A program made the position numbers and the translations under genes. Shown piece by piece: positions 1 to 9,100 of a stretch of 59,586 nucleotides of DNA. The DNA is from Candidatus Chloroploca sp. Khr17 (GTDB taxonomy: Bacteria > Chloroflexota > Chloroflexia > Chloroflexales > Chloroflexaceae), in contig NZ_RYFF01000020.1 in NCBI RefSeq assembly GCF_004138165.1, positions 33,982-93,567 of the forward strand. Reading direction: 5' to 3'. Numbering within the stretch: position 1 is the stretch's first letter; each line of letters starts with the position of its first letter. The notes beneath the pieces are model-generated. The model did not search any database, had not been told where the DNA came from, and saw only the letters and a list, made by a program, of their open reading frames with translations.

Positions 1-3000
1 CCGGCGGCGGGGAACTGGGTCTGGATTCGCTTCATGCCGGAGAGTGCGGGGAGTCATCTGCGGTATGTGCGGGTGAGTTATGGCGGGAATACCTACGGGC
101 GCAGTCTGGACGTGCAGACAAGCGCCCTGCTGGTCGAAGACAGTACGATTGTTCGGTCGAATGGTAGCGGTATCTATAACGAAGGCGGCACCGTCACGGT
201 GCGCAACAGCGCTCTGCTCGACAGCACCAGTGGGGCGCAGGTCAGCGGGGGCCAGTTGCTGATCGAAAATAGCTTGATCAGCGGCAACAGTGAGGGTGTT
301 GCGGTCAGTGGCTCGCCTGCGGTGACGATTACCAACAGTTCGCTGGCTGACAACAGCAGTTATGGAGTCAACAATAGCAGTACGACCGTGATGGTGCAGG
401 CGGGGAATAACTGGTGGGGCGCGGCTTCGGGGCCGTACCACCCTACGCTCAATGCCGCTGGTCAGGGCGCCCGCGTGAGTGACCGGGTTGTCTTTAGCCC
501 GTGGCTTGGCGCGCCGCCCGCAGGCGTCGAACGACGCTATACCGTTGGTGGGCGGGTGACTTTCGACGGAGTTGGGCTGGCGGGCGTAACCGTCTCGGAC
601 GGTACGCGCAGTGCGGCGACCGATGCGAGTGGAGTCTACCTGCTGAATGCGGTGCCGGTGGGCGACTATACCCTAACCCCGGCCCGCGCTGGCTACAGCT
701 TTACCCCGGCAACCCGGGCGATCAGTGTCACGAATGACCTGAGTGGTCAGGACTTCAGTGCGACGACGACGAGTGGGCCGTCGCCAACGCCGACCGCGAC
801 AGCAACGAGTGTGCCGCCAACGGCGACATCTACCTCTACGGCAACGAGTGTGCCGCCGACGGCAACATCTACCTCCACGGCAACGCCGACGACAACCAGT
901 GTGCCGCCAACCCCAACTGCGACGGCAACTGGTGGCCCGTCGGCGACGCCGACACCAACGATTGTCGCTGCGCCAATCTGTGGCGCAACGGTGCAGGAAG
1001 TCAACGGGACGATCAATGGAGTGGTCACCTGGACGGCGGGCACGGTCTATGTGCTCAACGATGTCTATGTCAACAGCACGGCCACGCTGATCATTCAGCC
1101 GGGTACCGTGATCAAGGGGCGGGCCAACTCGCGCCTGCGGGTTGATGGACGCCTGTTCGCCGATGGAACGGTTGCCAATCCGATCTATTTCACTTCGTAC
1201 TACGATGATAGCCTGTGTGGTGACACTGATGGCAATGGAGCTTTGCCTCCGCCGGCAGCGCAGGACTGGGGCTTCATCCAGTTCAACTCGATCAGCAACG
1301 ATACGAGCAGTTTGACGCGGGCGGTGTTGCGTTATGGTGGCAAGGGTCAGGACACGGCGGCAAGTGGCGTTGTTCGGCTGGTTGATGCCGGGCCGAACCT
1401 GGCGAATCTGAGTATGAGCCAGAACTATCGCAATGGGGCTGAGTTGGTTTATACCGGGTCGGGTTGGAATACCACCACGCTCAACAGTCCCAGTGTCGTC
1501 TACTGGCTGAGCAGTGCGCTGGTGGTGAATGCCAACCAGACCTTGACGCTTGGGCCGGGGGTGAAGGTCAAGGGGGCGGCTCTGTCACGCCTGATCGTGA
1601 ATGGCACGCTCACGGCTGATGGTACCGTGCAAGCACCGCTGGTCTTTAGCTCGGAGAAGGATGACACCGTCTGTGGCGTTGGCGCGTCCGATGAGCCGGT
1701 CTGCGACATGGACAATGCCGTAGCGACACCGACGGCCCAGAACTGGGGCTACATCCAGTTTGGCGCGGGCAGCAACGATATCAGCAGTCTGACGCGGGCG
1801 GTGCTGCGTTATGGCGGGCTGGGCCAAGACACGGCGGCAAGCGGGGTGGTGCGGCTGGTGGATGCCGGGCCGAACCTGGCGAATCTCAGCATGAGCCAGA
1901 ACTACCGCAACGGGGCCGAGTTGTCCTACACCGGGGCGGGCTGGAATACCGCCACGCTCAACAGCCCCAGTGTCGTCTACTGGTTGAGCAGTGCGCTGGT
2001 GGTGAATGCCAACCAGACCTTGACGCTCGGGCCGGGGGTGAAGGTCAAGGGGGCGGCCCTGTCACGCCTGATCGTGAATGGCACGCTCACGGCGGATGGC
2101 ACGGCCCAGGCACCGCTGGTCTTCACCTCTGAGAAGGACGATACCGTCTGCGGCGTTGGCGCGGCTGATGAGCCGGTCTGCGATATGGACAATGCCGTGG
2201 CGACCCCGGCAACCCAGGACTGGGGCTTCATCCAGTTTAGCGCGGGCAGCAACGATACGAGCAGCCTGACGCGGGCGGTGCTGCGTTATGGCGGCAAGGG
2301 TCAGGATACGGCAGTGGGTGGGGTCGTGCGGCTGCTTGATGCTGCCCCGACCTTGAGTTACAACCTGCTGCGCACAAACTATGGTGGCGTCGAGTTGCTC
2401 AACGGTGCGTTGCCAGCACTTACCTGCAACGACTTCGAGCAGAACCAGCAGTTTGGCATGCGGAACGCGCTGCCGGCCACGGCGGTGACCGCCGAGAACC
2501 AGTGGTGGGGCCGTGCGACCGGGCCTACCCACGCCGGCAATGCGGGCGGCAATGGCGATGTGGTGTCGGATGGTGTGGACTACAACCCGTGGCGGAGTAT
2601 GCCGTGTACCTATACCGGTGAGCCAACCCCGACGCCGACCGTGACCACGACGAGCCAGCCAACCGCGACGGCGACGGCAACGAGTGTGCCGCCAACCGCG
2701 ACAGCGACGGCGACGAGTGTACCGCCAACCGCTACCGCGACGAGCGTGCCACCGACGCCAACATCCACGGCAACCTCGACCACTGTGCCTCCGACGCCGA
2801 CGGGCACAGCGACCGCCACCGCGACGAGCGTGCCACCGACTGCGACGGCGACCGCTACCGCGACGAGCGTGCCGCCAACCCCGACAACAACACCGATGCC
2901 AACGGTCGAGCCGGGTACCTGGCAGGCAACGGGCAGCATGCAGACCGGACGGGCCTGGCATACGGCTACGCGCCTGGCCGATGGTCGCGTGCTCGTTGCT

Positions 3001-5646
3001 GGTGGAAGTGCCGGTGCGTGGGGCACAGGGCTGCAGAGCGCCGAGATCTATGATCCGGCCACAGGAACCTGGACGCCCACGGGCAATATGAGCCAGGCTC
3101 GTTTTGCCCATACAGCGAACCTGCTGCCCAATGGCAAAGTGCTGGTTGCTGGTGGTGAAGGTGCTGGTTGGCTTGCCAGCGCCGAGATCTATGATCCGGC
3201 GACGGGCACTTGGAGTAGAACCGGTAATTTGCAGCGTGGACGGTCAATGCATACGGCAACGCTGTTGCCCAATGGCAAGGTGCTGGTTGCTGGTGGGTAC
3301 GGCGGCGGCGATCTTGCTAGTGCCGAACTCTATGACCCGGTCACTGGTCAGTGGAGCACCACCGGGAGCATGAAGACGGCGCGGATGCGCTATCCGGCGG
3401 TGCTGTTGACGAACGGCAAGGTGCTGGTTGCTAGTGGCTCGCAGTTTGGCGGGGGCACCTATCCAACGACGACTGGCGCCGAGATCTATGATCCCGCAAC
3501 TGGTCAGTGGAGTGACACCGGCAGCCTGAATATCTCGCGCCACCATCATCAGGCAGTGGTGTTGCCCAATGGCAACGTGCTGGTCGCCGGCGGCCAGAAT
3601 CTTCCGAATGCGAATAACGTGTTGAGCGCCGAGTTGTATGATCTGGCGAGCGGTCAGTGGAGCATGACCGCCTCGATGCAAGAGCCTCATACCAATATTG
3701 GTCCGATGGCGGTGCTCTTGTCAAATGGTCAGGCGCTGATGAGTGGCGGTGGGGCTCAGGAGTTGGGCAACGCGATTGTGCTGAGTGAACTCTACAATGC
3801 GACGACAGGTACCTGGAGTCGTACTGGTGATCTGCGTGAGGGTCGAAGTTCGCATGCGGTGGTGGTGCTGAACAATGGCTTGGTACTTGCTTCTGGTGGC
3901 TTCACAACCTATGGCGTTGGCCTGGCTACGGCCGAACTCTATGCGGTTGCGCAGAACCCTGGGGCGATCACGGTTGATGCCATCACACCACGCGAAGGTT
4001 CCGCCGGTCAGACGATCCGCGTGACGGTGCAGGGCACTGGTTTTGCCACGACACCGCCACCGACGGCGCGGCTCGTTGGGGTGGCAGGCTCATTTGCGCT
4101 GACCGAGGTCACGGCGCAAGGTGCGACCAGTTTCGCGGCAACGGTGCCGGCGACGGTGCCGCCTGGTGCATATGATCTGGTGGTGGACACAAATGGGCAG
4201 ACCGCGACCTTGCCCAACGCCTTCACGGTGCTGGCCGCCGCCCCGGCGGTGACCAGTGTCTTGCCACCGTCGGCGCTGAATGATGTTGAGACCGAGATGC
4301 TGGTGCAGGGGCGCAACTTTGCGGCAGGCGTTGGCGTGCGCCTCGGCACGACCAATCTTGAGACGACGCGCATTGATGGTGCAACGCTGCTCGCGGTGGT
4401 ACCGGCGGGTCTTGCGCCGGCAATCTACGACGTGGTCGTGACGAATCTCGGTGGTGGCGAGGCGCAACTTGCGCAAGCCTTCACCGTGGTTGATGCGACT
4501 GATGCAACCTTCGATGACCTCTTTAGCAGCAGCGATCAGCTTTGGATCAACCCGGTCTTGCCACGGGCGAATGAGCCTTTTGAGGTGGGTCTGGTGGTGC
4601 AACGCAGTGGGGGCAAGACGACCCTCACTGATATACCGGTCACCTTCCGCCGTGACTCGGTGACTGGCCCAGTCTTGGGCACGGCGACGGTGCCGTTCCT
4701 CGATCCACCGGCGAGCAGCGAGAGTACCACGCCGCTGAGCATCACGCTGCCAAACGCTGGGATCGTGACGCTCTATGCGATCATTGATCCCGAGGGCACG
4801 CTCACCGAAAGCACGACGACCAACAATGTGATCAGCCGGACGATGCTGGTGGCGGTGGCCGCCCGTGACCAGACGCCACCAGTCGTCACTGGCATTGGCA
4901 TCAATGGGGGTGCCGCGACGACCGTCGTGACCCGCGGCATAACGATCAATATCAGCGCTCTTGACCCATCGCCAAATGCCAGCGGGGTGCGGTCAGTCCA
5001 TGTGATCGAGTATGTCTACAACGAAGGCGCGCAGCGCTGGGTGCCGATGGCGAGTTCGGGCTGGTTGCCCTACAACCAGACGCCCGAAAGCTACCGCTGG
5101 ACCCTGGCACCGTTGCCAGGCATGCACTACCTGCAGGTACGGGCGCGAGACATGGCGAACAACATCTCGATCGGCCAGGCGCGTCGCTTGATCACCTACG
5201 AACCAGCAACTGACCGGATCAGGCGACGCCAGACGCGCATCTACCGCTATGAGGTCGGGGCGGGCCAGGAATTCCGGGTCAACCTGGATGTACTCTCGGG
5301 CGATGCGGATCTCTATGTCTGGTCATCTGATCCGCAGCAATCGGCCTGGGTGAGCAACCTGCCAGGCAGCGCCGACGAGCAGGTGAGCATCCCGGCTAGC
5401 CAGGTGGTACCGGGAGTGTACCAGGTCGAGGTCTACGGCTACACGGCGGCAGAATACCTGCTGACCACCTCGCTTGGCGGTACTCCGGCGTCGGCGCAGA
5501 TGTTGGGTGGTGGACTGGCCCAAGCGAAAGATTTGCCTGTAGCACCGTTGTTGCCAGTGAATGCGCAGCCGGATGCGCTGGTAGGCGATGTACCGCCAAT
5601 CGAAGCCGAGGTCTATCGGGTGTACTTGCCGTTGAGCTTGCGGTAA
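1..5646 (+). CDS. Giant secreted multidomain protein. The 5' end is truncated by the window edge, since the frame is open from nt 1. It contains parallel beta-helix repeats, a carboxypeptidase-regulatory-like fold, Thr/Pro linkers, a ~160-aa module duplicated 2.3x, a six-blade Kelch-like propeller, IPT/TIG-like Ig domains and a pre-peptidase C-terminal (PPC) domain. Its C-terminus is ...VYLPLSLR.
   Basis: Single 5.6-kb ORF with strong high-GC codon bias. Beta-helix repeat motifs of the NSxLxDxxSGAQVSGG type; Kelch-like blades (GRAWHTATRLADGRVLVAGG...) repeated about 6x; (TSVPPTAT)n linkers; a PPC-like block YRYEVGAGQEFRVNLDVLSGDADLYVWSSD. Confidence 0.8.
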   Translation, partial: PAAGNWVWIRFMPESAGSHLRYVRVSYGGNTYGRSLDVQTSALLVEDSTIVRSNGSGIYNEGGTVTVRNSALLDSTSGAQVSGGQLLIENSLISGNSEGVAVSGSPAVTITNSSLADNSSYGVNNSSTTVMVQAGNNWWGAASGPYHPTLNAAGQGARVSDRVVFSPWLGAPPAGVERRYTVGGRVTFDGVGLAGVTVSDGTRSAATDASGVYLLNAVPVGDYTLTPARAGYSFTPATRAISVTNDLSGQDFSATTTSGPSPTPTATATSVPPTATSTSTATSVPPTATSTSTATPTTTSVPPTPTATATGGPSATPTPTIVAAPICGATVQEVNGTINGVVTWTAGTVYVLNDVYVNSTATLIIQPGTVIKGRANSRLRVDGRLFADGTVANPIYFTSYYDDSLCGDTDGNGALPPPAAQDWGFIQFNSISNDTSSLTRAVLRYGGKGQDTAASGVVRLVDAGPNLANLSMSQNYRNGAELVYTGSGWNTTTLNSPSVVYWLSSALVVNANQTLTLGPGVKVKGAALSRLIVNGTLTADGTVQAPLVFSSEKDDTVCGVGASDEPVCDMDNAVATPTAQNWGYIQFGAGSNDISSLTRAVLRYGGLGQDTAASGVVRLVDAGPNLANLSMSQNYRNGAELSYTGAGWNTATLNSPSVVYWLSSALVVNANQTLTLGPGVKVKGAALSRLIVNGTLTADGTAQAPLVFTSEKDDTVCGVGAADEPVCDMDNAVATPATQDWGFIQFSAGSNDTSSLTRAVLRYGGKGQDTAVGGVVRLLDAAPTLSYNLLRTNYGGVELLNGALPALTCNDFEQNQQFGMRNALPATAVTAENQWWGRATGPTHAGNAGGNGDVVSDGVDYNPWRSMPCTYTGEPTPTPTVTTTSQPTATATATSVPPTATATATSVPPTATATSVPPTPTSTATSTTVPPTPTGTATATATSVPPTATATATATSVPPTPTTTPMPTVEPGTWQATGSMQTGRAWHTATRLADGRVLVAGGSAGAWGTGLQSAEIYDPATGTWTPTGNMSQARFAHTANLLPNGKVLVAGGEGAGWLASAEIYDPATGTWSRTGNLQRGRSMHTATLLPNGKVLVAGGYGGGDLASAELYDPVTGQWSTTGSMKTARMRYPAVLLTNGKVLVASGSQFGGGTYPTTTGAEIYDPATGQWSDTGSLNISRHHHQAVVLPNGNVLVAGGQNLPNANNVLSAELYDLASGQWSMTASMQEPHTNIGPMAVLLSNGQALMSGGGAQELGNAIVLSELYNATTGTWSRTGDLREGRSSHAVVVLNNGLVLASGGFTTYGVGLATAELYAVAQNPGAITVDAITPREGSAGQTIRVTVQGTGFATTPPPTARLVGVAGSFALTEVTAQGATSFAATVPATVPPGAYDLVVDTNGQTATLPNAFTVLAAAPAVTSVLPPSALNDVETEMLVQGRNFAAGVGVRLGTTNLETTRIDGATLLAVVPAGLAPAIYDVVVTNLGGGEAQLAQAFTVVDATDATFDDLFSSSDQLWINPVLPRANEPFEVGLVVQRSGGKTTLTDIPVTFRRDSVTGPVLGTATVPFLDPPASSESTTPLSITLPNAGIVTLYAIIDPEGTLTESTTTNNVISRTMLVAVAARDQTPPVVTGIGINGGAATTVVTRGITINISALDPSPNASGVRSVHVIEYVYNEGAQRWVPMASSGWLPYNQTPESYRWTLAPLPGMHYLQVRARDMANNISIGQARRLITYEPATDRIRRRQTRIYRYEVGAGQEFRVNLDVLSGDADLYVWSSDPQQSAWVSNLPGSADEQVSIPASQVVPGVYQVEVYGYTAAEYLLTTSLGGTPASAQMLGGGLAQAKDLPVAPLLPVNAQPDALVGDVPPIEAEVYRVYLPLSLR
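1261..2340 (+). repeat. Intragenic tandem duplication of about 477 bp per unit, 2.3 copies, with units starting at about 1261, 1738 and 2215. Nucleotide identity is above 90%.
   Basis: Near-identical DNA blocks, for example 1383-1670 against 1863-2150. They encode the repeated protein module QDWGFIQF...VCDMDNAVATPTA. Confidence 0.85.
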
Positions 5647-5675
5647 GAGTGCGTTTGGATGCCGTGCGTACGGAG

Positions 5676-5703
5676 GCCAGGGTAACTGGCCTCCGTACGT
5701 ACG
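5676..5703 (+). terminator. Perfect GC-rich hairpin 30 nt after the stop of the first giant gene: cgtacggaggccag-ggtaa-ctggcctccgtacg. There is no clear U-tract.
   Basis: 14-bp perfect stem with a 5-nt loop, read directly from the sequence. Confidence 0.5.
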
Positions 5704-5828
5704 AGGGCAACGGCATTATACGAAACCGGATACAACGGGGCACCCGCAAGGGGTACCCGTACCGGGGTGGGGCACCCGCCAGGGGTGCCCCTACAGGGCC
5801 GGGGGGCGGGCCCGGTGTAGGGGCACCC

Positions 5829-5958
5829 CTGGCGGGTGCCCTGGCGGGTGCCTTGGCGGGTGCCTTGGCGGGTGCCTTGGCGGGTGCCCTGGCGGGTGCC
5901 TTGGCGGGGTGCCCTGGCGGGTGCCCTGGCGGGTGCCCTGGCGGGTGCCCTGGCGGGG
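5829..5958. repeat. Tandem array of about 11 copies of the 12-nt unit CTGGCGGGTGCC(Y), with two 13-nt variants. An inverted copy of the same motif lies immediately upstream (5767-5830), forming a long hairpin or cruciform.
   Basis: Direct read of ctggcgggtgccctggcgggtgccttggcgggtgcc... The same 12-mer in reverse complement sits at 5772-5790. Confidence 0.8.
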
Positions 5959-6184
5959 TGCATACACGGAAGATGCAATCGCCCTGCGTACGATGTGAGC
6001 TATCATTGACACGAGAACTATAATAAAGATATGATGGCTCATCAGGTGATGAAAGGAGACACAACGCACTCAAATCCAGTTGGTTGTAACACACTCACAT
6101 GCATTTATATATCTTTCTCGCTGATGTGAGGTCAGTGATACCTGTTTCTGGGCAGATACCACGGCCACAAACAAGGTGAATATC

Positions 6185-9100
6185 ATGCAAGCCTCGTCGC
6201 GCCCTTCTCTTTCACCACGTTCATTGATCTTTTTGGGTCTGCTTGTTGTTGGTCTTGTGCTTGTTGGCTTTGCGCCCTTTGCCAGAGCCGCGCCGGGCTT
6301 CCCTACGGCCCCCGAGACGTTTGATGGTACCAGTCTTCCTTCTGGCTGGACTGTCGTCAATGTCCGCACTGATGCCCCCTATCCGATTGATGACCCCTAT
6401 CCCTTGCCCAATGATAGCCATGGATGGCGCTTTGATAACCCCGGAGCACGCCGGAATGTGACTGGTGGCACGGGTAATTTTGCCATTGCTGATAGCGACC
6501 ATGCTGGTCGTGGCAAAACGATGGATACGCAGTTACGCACGCCAACGTTCAGCCTCGAGGGCGTTGCTGCGGCCCGTCTCCAGTTCAATACCACCTTTCG
6601 TGCCTATGATCAGTCGACCGGCGATGTCGATCTGAGCATTGATGGTGGGCAAACCTGGACGACGATCTGGCGTACGACGAGGACGGTGCATGGGCAAGTC
6701 AAGGTCACCCTGCCCGCCAGTGCGCTCAATCAAACCAAGGTCAAGGTACGCTTCCGCTACTATAATGCCACCTGGGACTGGTACTGGGCCATTGATAATG
6801 TTGCCATTGTTATGGTTAATCTCCCCAATCCACCCGATGGCTTGCAGGCGACGCTCAAGGGTAGCGAGATTCAGTTGAACTGGAATGCCGCGCCCAATGT
6901 AAGCCGCTATGTCATCGAGCGTTCGCCTGATGGCACGAACTGGGCGACGATCGCTGAGGTTTTTGGTTCCCAGACACGGTTCACCGATACGCAGGGCTTG
7001 GTCTGTGGCCTCCCTTATCGCTATCGCCTGCTGGCGCGCAATGTGGCCGGCCTGTCACAGCCAAGCGCACCCGTAACCGCGACGACCGCCTCGTGTGATC
7101 GCCCGACGACGCTCAATGAGACTTTTACGGCCACCACGCTGCCTAATGGCTGGACAGTCGCGCCATCCTCGGGGGCGACCTGGTCGTTCAATAATCCGGG
7201 TGGACGCTTGAATTGGACCGGGGGGACAGGCAATTTTGCGGGTGTCGATAGCAACCGCGCTGGTGGTGCGTCGGTGGATGCCTCACTTGTCTCGCCTTCC
7301 CTCAACCTGAGCGATCAACCCAGTGTTGTCTTGCAATTCAAGACTTTTTTCTGGGCTTATCGACGGGCGACCGCTGGGGTTGATGTCAGTACCGATGGCG
7401 GAGAAACCTGGGTCAATGTCTGGCGACGAACCGGGTTGTTTTGGGGTCCCGTCACGCTCGATCTCTCTTCACGGCTGGCCGGCAAGAGCGTAGCGATGGT
7501 GCGCTTCAGCTACTCCACTCATGCGTACAATAATTCGTACTGGCAGGTTGACGATGTGCAGTTGCTGGCGATGAGCCCACCTGTCGCGCCGACCAATTTG
7601 CGTGGTTCCCTCCTGACTTCAGGTGACATAAGTCTCACCTGGGATGGCCGTGGGAGCCAGACCTTTGAACTGGAACGGGCGCTCGGCAGCAGTGGCAGTT
7701 TCCAGAAGATTGCCGAACTTGATCACGGCGTCACGAGCTTTATTGATACGACGGTTGCCTCGGAAACGCTCTATCGCTACCGTGTTCGTTCACGCAACGC
7801 GGTCGGCGTCTCGGCTTATAGCAATCTTGTTTCGCTCACCAGTGGCAATCGCAATGTACGAATGATTGACATAACAATTTCGTATTACGCGAATAGTGCG
7901 ACGGCACAGGCTCGCCGCCAGGCGATCGAAGCGAACGTGCGCTACTTTGCCGATAGCATCTACGAGATGTCCAACGGGGCGAATAAACTTCGTCGGGTGA
8001 CGATCTATACGGGTGGTGCCTTTGCCAATCAGGCGGATATTGTCTGGGTCGCGAATTGCTGGCCCAACGCCCATCTTTCAGGCTATGGCACGCCAGGGTT
8101 GCGCATTCAGCACTGTGATACGTTCCATGCGGCCAATTTCATGAACAGTGAGGTTGGCTATCGTCAAGGTGGCTATGTCCTTGGTCATGAAATGGGCCAC
8201 TACTTCTACTCGGTCTACGATGAATATCGGGGCAGCAGCCCGTCGACAGCCTGGATTGGTTTTCCGCGCTTGACTGATACCCCGGTGAATAACTCAGTAA
8301 TGAATAGTCAGTGGTATGCTGTGGACGGCAATCTCAACTGGCTCAACTTCTCGACTCTACGCAACAATACCGGCAATACGGCGCAGCACCGGGTCTATGC
8401 TGCCAGTGCCTGGCAAACCCTTGCCCGCCCCTTGTACCAGGATCCACGCAATGGTACACGGATGACGGCACCGGTGCGCCTCTTCCATCCTGAACTGGCG
8501 GCGGTTGCGCCGGCATTAGGGCAGGCGCCACGGATCGATCTGACCAGTCCCACTGCCCAGGCCAATGCACGCAACGCATTGAATTTCGTCTGGGTTGGCC
8601 AGTCAGGGAGCCCGCGCCTGCAGCAAGCCAATGCTGAAATGGCACTGCAGTTTGTGGTGGACACCTCGACGCAGATGAGCGAGGCGCAACTGGCTTCGAT
8701 CAAGGCGAATCTGAAGAATCTGGTTGACCAGGCGGCTGACACGACGATGATCGGCCTGCTGACCTATGCCGATACGGTGACGGTTGTGCAGCAGCCGGTG
8801 CTGCTCGACAGCGAGGCGAGCCGTACCGCGCTCAAGGCAACGCTTGATGGTCTGATGCTGAGCAATAGCGCTGCCGTGTTGACCGGCGAAGCGTTGGAAG
8901 CCGCGCTGGGGGTTGAGGGTGCTGCCGGTATTCCCGACAACGCGGTGCGTGCGGTCTATCTCTTTAGCGCCGGGATGTATACGGGCGCAAGCCATCCTTT
9001 TGCGCAGGTTGGCGCGTATCAAGATGCCGCCGTTACGCTAGAGACCTTTGATCTGGGACGCGATCCGCAACTTGCGGCAGAACTCTTCCAGATCGCGACG

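Noticed and set aside
2062-3111. 349-aa Arg-rich minus-strand ORF, together with 743-1090(+) and 747-1043(-) R/P- or V/G-rich ORFs.
   Set aside because: These are alternative frames of the Thr/Pro-linker and repeat-coding DNA of the giant gene, and the low-complexity translation is typical of high-GC shadow ORFs.
5829-5958. Possible CRISPR array: short direct repeats in tandem.
   Set aside because: The 12-nt units are contiguous with no intervening unique spacers. Repeat length is far below CRISPR repeat size, and no cas genes are present.
5396-6094. 232-aa and 121-aa minus-strand ORFs, and a 124-aa plus ORF, spanning the intergenic tandem array.
   Set aside because: The translation is pure repeat (PGHPPGHP / APAKAPAK / GALAGALAG) produced by the 12-nt array, and it overlaps the terminator hairpins.
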